DNA of 64,000 nucleotides from an uncultured Pseudomonas sp. Lineage in GTDB: Bacteria; Pseudomonadota; Gammaproteobacteria; Pseudomonadales; Pseudomonadaceae. The position numbers were made by a program, and so were the translations under genes. Location of the stretch: assembly GCA_963529135.1 (NCBI GenBank), contig CAURYQ010000003.1:19827-83826 (forward strand). Reading direction: 5' to 3'. This document shows, piece by piece, positions 27,951 through 36,610 of this stretch. The notes beneath the pieces were generated by a model, which had not been told where the DNA came from, searched no databases, and was given only the letters and a program-made list of their open reading frames with translations. Positions within the stretch are counted from its first letter, which is position 1. Each line of letters begins with the position of its first letter.

Positions 27951-30900
27951 ATGTTTAACAAACTCGAGGCGGTGATCCTGACGGTTCTGAGCCAGCTGAA
28001 GGCCGACGTGCAGGACTACTGCGACCTTGAAACCGTCGACGGCGGGCAAGCCATTGTCGCCAATGACGGGTCTCTAGCCTCGATCGTGCGCTTCAATGGA
28101 ACCAAGAGCGTGCTTGGACGTGAGCAGTTCGAGCGCCTTGTTGGTTTGCTTGAGGCGTCCTTGGCTGTCTATTTCAAGGTGCGCGGTCATCATCTGCAGA
28201 TTGTCTTCAGCCGTGACTTGGATGCGACTGCACCCTTGGAGCAGAACGCCCAGCAGCAGGCCGCGACGGCTGAACGACTCAGCTTGAATGTGCGGCACCT
28301 GATCAACGAAGGTGTGCGCAAGTACGCTCAGTATGTGTACGACGAAGAGTGCTACCTGGTGTTCTGGTCACGTCCTGCGCTGTTGGACCAGACCGAGCGA
28401 GTCATGGCGCGTGAAGCACTGAACGAATTCCGTGCTCAATCACAATGGCCTGCCACGGCGGACGCGCAGAACCTGCTACGGCCCATTTCGTATTTAAAGG
28501 ATAGGCACCTGTCTTTCGTGACCAAGATCACGGAGGACCTGACCTCGCCTGAATTCGGCTGCTCCGCAGACGTGCTCGACGTCAGTGAGGCGATACGCGC
28601 CATCCGCGCCAAGGTCAATCCAGACATCACGCCTAGGACCTGGAAGCCTTATATTCCCGGCAATGGTATCCCGATGCGTTGGAAGACCAGCGGCCGGGCA
28701 GACGACATGTCGGAGTTCATGTACCCATCGCTGCCAAGCCAGATCATGGTCACCTCGGCCGAGATCGGCAATGGACAGCGCACAGGATTGTTACCCGACC
28801 CGACAAGCGTGCGCGTGGGGTCGCGGGTCTATGCACCGTTGATCATGTCGATCCCGCCGGCCGAACCGCAATATTTCAACACGTTGTTCAATAGCCTCAA
28901 CCGTGCGGAAACGCAAGAGAACGGCGTCTCGCGAGCCCTGCCGTATTCGGTCTCGGTGATGTTGTCTTCAGATGGCATGAGCGTGCTGGCGTGGAAAAGC
29001 CTGTTCGCCCAGTTGCTTTCGATCACCTCCGAGCAAAATCGCAACATCAACCTGGCGACCAAAGAGTTGCGCGAGCGGGTGCGGGACGGCGAGTGCATGG
29101 TCAAGCTGCAGGTGGCGGCCATGACTTGGTCCAGTCCTGATGAACGAGGTATCAAGGAACTCGCTTTGCGCAAGTCCAAGCTGTGGCGCACGTTGGAGGC
29201 TTGGGGGCAGCCGGTGTTCATAGAACGCACTGGCAACCCGATGCAGGCTTTTCAATCGAACTGCCTGGGGCTTACCACCAAGCATCTGGGTACGCCCGCG
29301 GCAGCACCGCTTGGTGATGCCGTAGCCATGCTGCCGCTGACCCGCCCGGCTTCACCGTTCCAGGAAGGCTCGACCATCTATCGAAGCCTTGACGGCAAAA
29401 TCCTCAAGTACCAGCGCTTTTCTTCCCAGCAGACCACATGGATCACACTGATTGCAGGCAAGCCGGGTTCCGGTAAGTCGGTGTTGATGAACAACAACCA
29501 TTTCGAGTCGTGCTTGATGCCGGGCCTGACTGGCCTACCCTACATTGGCATCACTGATATCGGGATTTCGTCCTCTGGGTTCTGCGATCTGGTGCGTGAC
29601 AACTTGCCACCGAGGCTGCATCACCTAGTGGTTTACAAGCGCTTGCAGAACGCCCGTAAGGATTGCATCAATCCGCTGGACACGCCGCTTGGCCAACGCT
29701 ACCCGCTACCCAAGGACCGTGAGTTCAACAAGAACTTTCTTACCATTCTGGTTACCCCACCAGAACGAGAAAAACCCTATGAGGGGATGAGCAACTTCGT
29801 CGGCCGTATGGTTGATTTGGCGTACCGTCGCAAGGACGACAAGATTGAGCGAGCCAGCCCCGAAACTTACAAGCCCGGCCACAACGATGTTGTGGACGCA
29901 GCGGTTGCCCAGTTGGGGTACCGTATTTTGCCTGCCACTACGTATTGGGAACTGGTCGATGCCATGTTCGACGCAGGCATGGTGTATGAAGCCGAGGTGA
30001 CGCAACGCTACGCCGTACCGACCTTGAACGACTTGGTAGCAGTGGCTTCGACGGAAGAGGTACGCGCTGAGTACGAGGGGTCTGGCGAAGTCGGGCGGAG
30101 TTTGGTGGATGCGTTCATTCTGGGCATTCGAGAGGCGGTGGGGGATTTCCCTGTATTTGCCGACCACACGCGCTTCGACGTCGGCAGCGCGCGGGTCGTT
30201 GCTCTCGACTTGCAGGACGTCGCTTTGCAGGGTTCGGCTTCGGCGAAGAAGCAGACGGCCCTGATGTACATGATCGCGCGTCAATGCTTCATGAAGAAAG
30301 TCGCGTTTTCCAAGGAAGATTTCCCGTTCTTCACTGAAAAATACTTGCCGTACTACGAGCGATTGGTCGCTGACCTGGTCGATGAATACAAAGTCATGTG
30401 CATGGACGAATTCCACAAGACCGGTGGTCATGTAGGTCTGCAGGAACAGATGCAGACCGATGGTCGTGAAGCCCGTAAGTGGAACATGGAGATCATCCTG
30501 GCTTCTCAGCTGATGGAGGATTTCGGCCCGCTCACCAAGATCGCCACGGCGACGTTCATCCTCGACTCAGGCACCAAAGAGACCCGCGATTGGCTGCGCA
30601 AGAACATCGGACTATCCGATACAGAGGAACATGCCTTGGTCAACTTCGTGCACGGCGCAAACAAGCATGGCTGTACGTTCCTGGCTCGCTTCGAAACCAA
30701 GAATGCCACGTATAGCCAGCTGTTCACCATGTCGGCAGGGCCCATGCGCCTTTGGGCACTGACCACCACGGCCGAAGACCGCAAGCTACGTACGATGCTG
30801 TATGAACACATGCCGCGCCCTGACGCGTTGGCCTTACTCGCACGACGTTTCCCGTCAGGGGGTTGCAAAGATATGGTCGAGCGGCTCAAACGTGAAACGT

Positions 30901-31013
30901 TCAAGGACGTCGAGTTTGTCGATGACGATATGGAGCAGTCCGTGATTGCGCGTATCGCCAAGGATCTGGTTGCCGACTACATCGGCGCCAGTGCATTCGA
31001 AGACGTCGTCTGA
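27951..31013 (+). CDS. icmB: IcmB/DotO (IncI TraU) VirB4-like T4BSS ATPase
   Basis: 1020 aa. Walker A LIAGKPGSGKSV, Walker B-like VMCMDEFHK and a typical IcmB N-terminus, DLETVDGGQAIVANDGSLASIVRFNGT. Confidence 0.9.
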   Translation: MFNKLEAVILTVLSQLKADVQDYCDLETVDGGQAIVANDGSLASIVRFNGTKSVLGREQFERLVGLLEASLAVYFKVRGHHLQIVFSRDLDATAPLEQNAQQQAATAERLSLNVRHLINEGVRKYAQYVYDEECYLVFWSRPALLDQTERVMAREALNEFRAQSQWPATADAQNLLRPISYLKDRHLSFVTKITEDLTSPEFGCSADVLDVSEAIRAIRAKVNPDITPRTWKPYIPGNGIPMRWKTSGRADDMSEFMYPSLPSQIMVTSAEIGNGQRTGLLPDPTSVRVGSRVYAPLIMSIPPAEPQYFNTLFNSLNRAETQENGVSRALPYSVSVMLSSDGMSVLAWKSLFAQLLSITSEQNRNINLATKELRERVRDGECMVKLQVAAMTWSSPDERGIKELALRKSKLWRTLEAWGQPVFIERTGNPMQAFQSNCLGLTTKHLGTPAAAPLGDAVAMLPLTRPASPFQEGSTIYRSLDGKILKYQRFSSQQTTWITLIAGKPGSGKSVLMNNNHFESCLMPGLTGLPYIGITDIGISSSGFCDLVRDNLPPRLHHLVVYKRLQNARKDCINPLDTPLGQRYPLPKDREFNKNFLTILVTPPEREKPYEGMSNFVGRMVDLAYRRKDDKIERASPETYKPGHNDVVDAAVAQLGYRILPATTYWELVDAMFDAGMVYEAEVTQRYAVPTLNDLVAVASTEEVRAEYEGSGEVGRSLVDAFILGIREAVGDFPVFADHTRFDVGSARVVALDLQDVALQGSASAKKQTALMYMIARQCFMKKVAFSKEDFPFFTEKYLPYYERLVADLVDEYKVMCMDEFHKTGGHVGLQEQMQTDGREARKWNMEIILASQLMEDFGPLTKIATATFILDSGTKETRDWLRKNIGLSDTEEHALVNFVHGANKHGCTFLARFETKNATYSQLFTMSAGPMRLWALTTTAEDRKLRTMLYEHMPRPDALALLARRFPSGGCKDMVERLKRETFKDVEFVDDDMEQSVIARIAKDLVADYIGASAFEDVV

Positions 31014-31024
31014 GGGGGTGACCG

Positions 31025-33895
31025 ATGGCTCAGTACAAAGGCGCCTCCCGTCAGCATGAGGTCAGTAACAATCGCCGGCGCAAAGACACTCGTCTGGCAG
31101 GGCAGCGTTTTGCCGACTTCTTCCAATCTGCCGAAGGCGCAGTGTTCGGCACCTTCGCATTGCCTGTGCTGGCATTGATCCTGATCAAGGTGCCCTTCTC
31201 CGGAGAATTGCTGCTGCTTGTGCTTTGGGCCTTCAAGCGTAAGTTCGTGGACACAAAAAACCGAGTCTTCGACTTCCCTTATCGTGTACCCAAGCTGGCT
31301 GAGGTCAACGACGGCTCGTACAAAGGGAAGAAGAAGGGTGAAGGTGTCACCCTGTTCGGTAACGACCTTGAGACTAAGGAGCAGATATACGCCGCTGACA
31401 GTGACCTGCGTACTCATCAACTGGTGCTGGGGACTACGGGCTCTGGTAAGCCGCAGCCCGAGCACGCCAAGGTACTGACGCCTGGTGGATGGGTCCGCAT
31501 GGGGCAGCTCAAGGTGGGAGACCTGGTCAGCACGCCTGATGGCCAGCAGGCGGCGGTCTTGCGCGTGATAGAGCAAGGGGTGCAACCGATATGGACCATT
31601 GCCACGCGAGATGGGCGTAAGGCGCAGGCGACCGGTGATCACCTCTGGCGAGTGCTCAGCCGTGAGCCTGATGGGACCGAGCAGGCCCATACCGTCACTA
31701 CCGATGTCATTCGTACGCTGCTCGATCGCGGTGTTTCAGTGATGTTGCCCAAGGTTCGCAAGAAGCGCGGCAGTGCTCGCTTCGACGGTTGGGCGCCGGT
31801 CTGGAGGGTTAACGCAGCCGGCCAGGCGCCGTGTCGGTGCATCGAAATTGACCACCCTCACCACCTGTACGTTACCGATGACAACTTGGTGACTCACAAC
31901 ACTGAGTTGCTCTTGGGCATCGTCTTCAACGCGTTGGTGCAAAACACCGGTTTCATTTATGTAGACGGCAAAGGTGACCCCAAGCTGCAGAAAGAAATCT
32001 TCCGGCTTTCCCGTTACCTGGGGCGTGAAGACGATCTGTTGATCATCAATTTCATCACCTCCGGGCGTGACTTTGTCGAGAAGCAGGTCGATAAGGTCAC
32101 CAATAACATGAACATGATGGGCAATACCTCATCGGGCATGTTAATCGAGCTGATCGTCTCGCTGATGGATGATTCCGGCGGTGGCGGCGACATGTGGAAA
32201 GGCCGAGCGATCATGTTCGTTGCCGCGCTTACCCGGCCGCTGACCTACCTGCGGGATAAGGGACACATCAACCTGTCGCCTGAGAAGTACCTGGAATACT
32301 TCGAGCTCAATGTCATCGAAGAGCTGGTATGGGAGCACGGGGGCAAGTATGGCGACATGTTCGATGTCATCGTCGCGCCTTTGCGTTCGTACCTGCTGAC
32401 ACTGCCTGGTTACCAAAAAGCCAAGTTCAAGAATCAGGAAACCAAGACCCTTGAGCAGCATGGCTACATCGTCATGCAGCTGGGACGGATCTTCAATGAC
32501 CTGACATTCAACTATGGCCACATCTTCAAAACTCGGGTGGGCGATGTGGATTTCTACGACGTCGTCATCAATCGGCGCCTGCTCGTTGTGCTCCTTCCGG
32601 CTCTGGAGCGTGCGCCGGATAGTATGCGCATGCTTGGGAAGATGATAGTTGGCAGTATCAAGCAGATGATGGCAGGTTGCCTTGGCAACCGCGTTGAAGG
32701 GGTGGTTCGCGAAATCATCGACAGTCGACCCACCGGGTCGCAATTTCCGTTCTACACCATTCTGGACGAGTACGGCTATTACGCGGTCGTCGGCTTCGCG
32801 GTAGCACCGGCGCAGGCGCGCAGCCTAGGGTTCAGTGTGACGTTCGCGGCTCAGGATTTTTCGTCATTGAAAAAGTCCAGTGCCGAAGAAGCTGACGCTA
32901 CATGGGAGAACACCAACATTCGGGCCGTCGGGCGTCTGACCTCCGGGACTGAGTCCGAAACCTGGCGGCGTGTTCAAGGCGCTGCGGCAGAATCTTCGCA
33001 GGCGATGCTGGGTAACTTCGAGCGATCATCGGGTGCTGTGAACGACAAGTTCCGCCAGTCGGACAGCATTGCCATCGAGCAGCGCAGCCGGTTGAACTAC
33101 GACGATGTGGCGATGCAGGAAAATGGCGAGTTCACGTTTCTGATCGGTAAGAAATCACAGGGCGGCAAGACCGGAGGCGTGGCACTGATTCGGGGGCTGG
33201 GCTTCTACACGGCAGGCCCTGCTCCGAAAGAAATGCGCATCAATGATTTCATCCCGGTCGAGCCGCCAGAGCCGGCCGATCTGCCGCAGAATCGCCAGTC
33301 ACGGCAAGCGTTGGTCGACAGCTTGAAAGACGGTTCCTTTGCCAAACGGGTCAACGATGTCGTCAAAGGTGACCCTGTGTTGGCGCGGATGCACAGCGCG
33401 TTCGAACACAACTACGTCAACCCTGACAGGCCCATACTGGGCCGCCTCGATACCTCTCTGGCTGTTACCGGTGCTTATCTGGCAGGCGCGTTGCGCAAGC
33501 GGCCACCGGCCACGGCTGCTCCGAGCGCACCGCCGTTGCCGTCCATCGAGGCCAGCATCATGGCTGTTGCAGATCGGTATGTCAGCGTTGAGAAAACCCC
33601 GGCGTTGAGTTCCTCAACCCCGGTTGCTGAACCAGCGCCAGCAGCGCTTACAGGCATCGAGCCGCAGCGTCTTATGGACATGCAAGTATTTGCTACAGGT
33701 AAGGCATTCCCATCGCTAGCCGAAAAGTGGGCTGCACAGGAGCGGGCCGAGCAAACCTGCGAAGCTGTACTGCAAGAGACGACCTATGCCGTGGCGTATC
33801 CTCCTGCTAAGCAGGATGTCGAAAACATCCGAAAGCGCATTAGCCAAATCAAAGTTGGATGCCGCCAGATGGATGGTGATCAGAAGCAAGAATGA
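31025..33895 (+). CDS. dotL: DotL/IcmO (IncI TrbC) type IV coupling ATPase, interrupted in-frame by a mini-intein
   Basis: N-terminal TM helices. Walker A split as GTTGSGK / T by a 150-aa insert. Downstream come IYVDGKGD, the TraD/TraG-type NTPase domain and a long C-terminal tail. Confidence 0.9.
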   Translation: MAQYKGASRQHEVSNNRRRKDTRLAGQRFADFFQSAEGAVFGTFALPVLALILIKVPFSGELLLLVLWAFKRKFVDTKNRVFDFPYRVPKLAEVNDGSYKGKKKGEGVTLFGNDLETKEQIYAADSDLRTHQLVLGTTGSGKPQPEHAKVLTPGGWVRMGQLKVGDLVSTPDGQQAAVLRVIEQGVQPIWTIATRDGRKAQATGDHLWRVLSREPDGTEQAHTVTTDVIRTLLDRGVSVMLPKVRKKRGSARFDGWAPVWRVNAAGQAPCRCIEIDHPHHLYVTDDNLVTHNTELLLGIVFNALVQNTGFIYVDGKGDPKLQKEIFRLSRYLGREDDLLIINFITSGRDFVEKQVDKVTNNMNMMGNTSSGMLIELIVSLMDDSGGGGDMWKGRAIMFVAALTRPLTYLRDKGHINLSPEKYLEYFELNVIEELVWEHGGKYGDMFDVIVAPLRSYLLTLPGYQKAKFKNQETKTLEQHGYIVMQLGRIFNDLTFNYGHIFKTRVGDVDFYDVVINRRLLVVLLPALERAPDSMRMLGKMIVGSIKQMMAGCLGNRVEGVVREIIDSRPTGSQFPFYTILDEYGYYAVVGFAVAPAQARSLGFSVTFAAQDFSSLKKSSAEEADATWENTNIRAVGRLTSGTESETWRRVQGAAAESSQAMLGNFERSSGAVNDKFRQSDSIAIEQRSRLNYDDVAMQENGEFTFLIGKKSQGGKTGGVALIRGLGFYTAGPAPKEMRINDFIPVEPPEPADLPQNRQSRQALVDSLKDGSFAKRVNDVVKGDPVLARMHSAFEHNYVNPDRPILGRLDTSLAVTGAYLAGALRKRPPATAAPSAPPLPSIEASIMAVADRYVSVEKTPALSSSTPVAEPAPAALTGIEPQRLMDMQVFATGKAFPSLAEKWAAQERAEQTCEAVLQETTYAVAYPPAKQDVENIRKRISQIKVGCRQMDGDQKQE
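31451..31900 (+). other. Mini-intein (150 aa, Hint domain, class 3 signature) inside the DotL P-loop
   Basis: The insert runs from PQPEHAKVLTPGGWVRMGQLKVGDLV to ATGDHLW, APCRCIEIDHPHHLYVTDDNLVTHN, then +1 Thr. Block B is TxxH with Trp two residues later, block F has Cys, and block G reads T-H-N. Excision restores GTTGSGKT. Confidence 0.8.
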
Positions 33896-33921
33896 CTTGT
33901 GTTATAAATTGACGACGATAT

Positions 33922-33936
33922 TTATCTAACAGATAA
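33922..33936. promoter_or_regulatory. Palindrome TTATCTAACAGATAA in the AT-rich gap after dotL
   Basis: Perfect 6-bp arms with a 3-nt spacer, about 30 nt upstream of the next ORF. Contains the TGTTAGA core on the reverse strand. Confidence 0.3.
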
Positions 33937-33963
33937 TCATAAAACAGAATTCAAGCATCTACG

Positions 33964-34590
33964 GTGAAACGCATGGGGTTGTTCAGCTCAGGGAAGAAAG
34001 CAGCAAAGTTCGCGTTTGTGACCATGCCAATGGCGGCATTGGGCGTGAATCAGCTGCGCATGGGCAACCAGCACATCAAAGCGCTTTGGCGCTCGAATTT
34101 CAGCCCGGCCTGCCCCGAATGCGAACGCGGCGTATTGCTCAAGGCAGACGATGATCAGCAGGACTTGGATCAGCAGCGCGACGGCGGTATTCGGGTGCTG
34201 CACACCTGGACCTGCAATAGTTGCCAATTCGTTCTGCTCGAAGAAGACGACATGCGTAAAGTGCGTGAACACGCAGCGCATTATCGCAACGAGCGGGTCA
34301 GGGAACGACTCACCACCACCGAACGCCATGAAATCGACCGTATTGCCCGCAGTCATCGCCTGCATTCACGGGCATTCTTCGTAGCTAGCCTATTTGCCAT
34401 TCTCGGCTTCATTTACATGTTGGCCACCGGCGCAGGTGTGCTGATAGCCCTCAACTGGCTTTCCATCGGTTTCGCCCTGTGGGTGTTCGGCATGAAGAAG
34501 TCTTACCGCAGTTGGCAGGTCGCGACAGGCCAGTTGTTCGTCGAAGGTGCGTTCTGGTTCTGGTTCCAGCATCAGCGATGGATCATCTGA
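33964..34590 (+). CDS. Membrane protein with an N-terminal CxxC...CxxC zinc ribbon and two C-terminal TM helices; possibly IcmV/TraX-like
   Basis: CPECERG ... CNSCQF, then AFFVASLFAILGFIYML and IALNWLSIGFALWVFG. The topology and C-terminal half resemble IcmV as I remember it. Start at GTG 33964 or ATG 33973. Confidence 0.5.
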   Translation: MKRMGLFSSGKKAAKFAFVTMPMAALGVNQLRMGNQHIKALWRSNFSPACPECERGVLLKADDDQQDLDQQRDGGIRVLHTWTCNSCQFVLLEEDDMRKVREHAAHYRNERVRERLTTTERHEIDRIARSHRLHSRAFFVASLFAILGFIYMLATGAGVLIALNWLSIGFALWVFGMKKSYRSWQVATGQLFVEGAFWFWFQHQRWII

Positions 34591-34591
34591 C

Positions 34592-35116
34592 ATGAAAAAA
34601 TGCTGGTTTTGCCTTATTGGGGCTCTTGCCTCGCCATGGCCTGTCGTGACCATGGCGCAAGACTTCTACGCTGTGCGCCCGGCCGACATCGACTGCGTGG
34701 TGCAAGCGGCGCAGCGTCAGGGGGTGCCGGCCAACGTGTTGCTGGCCATATCCAGCAAGGAAAGTGGCAAAAACGGTCAAAGCGTAGCCAACCACAATGG
34801 CACTTTCGATCTAGGTCATTTCCAGATCAATACTACCCACTGGGGGCCAAAAGGCGTGTTCGCAGCCTATCCGACCATTACCAAATCCGATGTTGCCTGG
34901 CGGGGATGTTACAACGCCGAGTTGGCCGCCTGGTTGCTGCGCCAGAAACTGGAAGAAAACAATGGCCAGGATTTCTGGACACGAGTTGCCAATTACCACT
35001 CCAGAACGCGCAAATTTAACGACATCTACAAGAAAGACCTGATCCCACTCGCGATCAAGTGGGGCAAATACCTTGAACGAAAGCAGCAGCACCAATACGT
35101 GGTGAGCTACCAGTAA
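34592..35116 (+). CDS. Lytic transglycosylase (SLT/VirB1-like)
   Basis: Signal peptide. Catalytic ISSKESG, plus DLGHFQIN and the AYN motifs of the SLT domain. Confidence 0.8.
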   Translation: MKKCWFCLIGALASPWPVVTMAQDFYAVRPADIDCVVQAAQRQGVPANVLLAISSKESGKNGQSVANHNGTFDLGHFQINTTHWGPKGVFAAYPTITKSDVAWRGCYNAELAAWLLRQKLEENNGQDFWTRVANYHSRTRKFNDIYKKDLIPLAIKWGKYLERKQQHQYVVSYQ

Positions 35117-35195
35117 GGCCTGTTGCAGCGAGCGCCTGTCCCTTGGACGGTAGCTCCGCCAAGTCGGCCAGAATGACAACTTCAGGAGTTTTTAC

Positions 35196-35696
35196 ATGAA
35201 AGGAATGCTCATGGGCGCCCGTCGCTACAAAGCGGGTGGTCTGCTGCTAGCACTGGCGGCGTTAGGTGGGTGTGCCAGTTCGGCAAAGCCTACCACTGAG
35301 GACACCGAGGCATTTGCCAGTCGGATCATCGCGGACAAAGTGGCGGTCGCGGTCAACTCCCAGCATGATTACGTTTCCCGGCTCAAGGCCGATCGTGTAC
35401 AGGCTGCATCCCGGCAGGCCGCCGTGGATACCGATCAGGTGGATATCGACTTCATTGGCCAACCTCAGGAGTTGTTGCAGACCTTTGCTCGTCGTTATGG
35501 GTATGCCTACGTGGAAAGTGGCAAGCGCGTGGACCTCAAGCCCATCAATGTATGGGTGCGCAAAGCCACGCCAATCAACGTACTACGCGATGTCGGAAAG
35601 CAGATAGACACCGGCGCCGATGTGGTGCTCGACAAGGGCACCAACACCTTGCGCCTGATCTACAGGCCTGTGCCATTGGCGATGGGAAGGAGCTGA
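35196..35696 (+). CDS. dotD: DotD (IncI TraH) outer-membrane lipoprotein
   Basis: Lipobox LAALGGC. The C-terminal domain VDIDFIGQPQELLQTFARRYGYAY...INVLRDVG resembles the DotD secretin-N0-like fold. The dotD-dotC-dotB order matches Legionella. Confidence 0.8.
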   Translation: MKGMLMGARRYKAGGLLLALAALGGCASSAKPTTEDTEAFASRIIADKVAVAVNSQHDYVSRLKADRVQAASRQAAVDTDQVDIDFIGQPQELLQTFARRYGYAYVESGKRVDLKPINVWVRKATPINVLRDVGKQIDTGADVVLDKGTNTLRLIYRPVPLAMGRS

Positions 35697-35698
35697 TC

Positions 35699-36610
35699 AT
35701 GGCCATGGACATGCCCCCCATGACGCTCCAAGACGCCGAGCGTCTTTACGAAAAGCCTGCCTATGTGCAGCAGCAAAGTGAGAGCGATGATGCGCGTTCG
35801 GCTGTAGAGGCCCTGCGCGACCAGAAAAACCAGGCATCCGCAGCACGGGGCGAAGCCATTCTCGATGCGGCCCTGCAGGTGGGCGTCAAAGCCGGCCTGG
35901 CCTGGCAACTGACCAATATCAACAACGCCTTGAAGCTGCGCGAACGTGAGTTCGATACGGTCTATGATTTCAGCACTTTGATGATCCAGGATCGCGTGGT
36001 GCCACCGGTGATCACCGAGGCGCGCCACCTTTACAACCAAGATGGCGATTACACTTTGCGCCTGTCGGGTGCTGCTTACAAGATCGAATCCCAAGCGCGT
36101 TTCTCATCCGTGCCTCCCAGCTGGCGCGAGTACCTTAGCTTCCCGCTGCCCAGTTTCGACCGTACCGCGTTGGTATCGGCCCTTGTGCCGCGTAATGATG
36201 AAGAAGAGCGCGTGTGGAAGCTGGCGGTACGTGATGGTTGGAAGCAGGGCGTGGAGCAGGCCAATCTGATGTTGACCTACGGTTTTGATCGAATGAACCG
36301 TGATATCGAAGGTATGCGCCGTTTCAGTGAGTTTGCCCGGCATGGCCAAGTGACCCTTCCGATCATCTCCGGTGCGGCCATTCCAGTGACCAAGGATGGA
36401 CGGAGTATGGCCGTTGACGAGACGCTGCTGCGCATCACAGCTCTGCCAGAGTTCAACGACAACATGAACGTCTGGCGCAGTTCGATTTCTTCTTCCACCA
36501 CTGCTGATCCGGTGCGCCGTAGCGCGATACCGCCAGCATCGGCGACCCAGGCACCGGTCAAAACATTCGCCGTGCCCAGCAATGCTGCCGCACAGGCGCC
36601 GTCCCCATGA
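35699..36610 (+). CDS. dotC: DotC (IncI TraI) core-complex protein; no signal peptide or lipobox visible
   Basis: GLAWQLTNINNALKLREREFDTVYDFSTLMIQDRVVPPVITEA ... PPSWREYL ... LRITALPEFN follow the DotC pattern. GGGAAGGAG RBS. The N-terminus MAMDMPPMTLQD is hydrophilic. Confidence 0.85.
   Translation: MAMDMPPMTLQDAERLYEKPAYVQQQSESDDARSAVEALRDQKNQASAARGEAILDAALQVGVKAGLAWQLTNINNALKLREREFDTVYDFSTLMIQDRVVPPVITEARHLYNQDGDYTLRLSGAAYKIESQARFSSVPPSWREYLSFPLPSFDRTALVSALVPRNDEEERVWKLAVRDGWKQGVEQANLMLTYGFDRMNRDIEGMRRFSEFARHGQVTLPIISGAAIPVTKDGRSMAVDETLLRITALPEFNDNMNVWRSSISSSTTADPVRRSAIPPASATQAPVKTFAVPSNAAAQAPSP

Noticed and set aside
31451-31900. DotL insert as an IS element, frameshift or assembly chimera
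   Set aside because: The insert is exactly in frame (450 nt) with no stops and no inverted repeats or transposase. It has the ordered Hint-domain blocks, and its excision precisely restores the P-loop. These features support an intein.
34592-35116. Lytic transglycosylase (and the M23 peptidase at 58265-59398) as prophage lysis genes
   Set aside because: There are no holin, capsid, tail, terminase or phage integrase genes anywhere nearby. Both genes sit inside T4BSS operons, where peptidoglycan-remodelling enzymes are expected.
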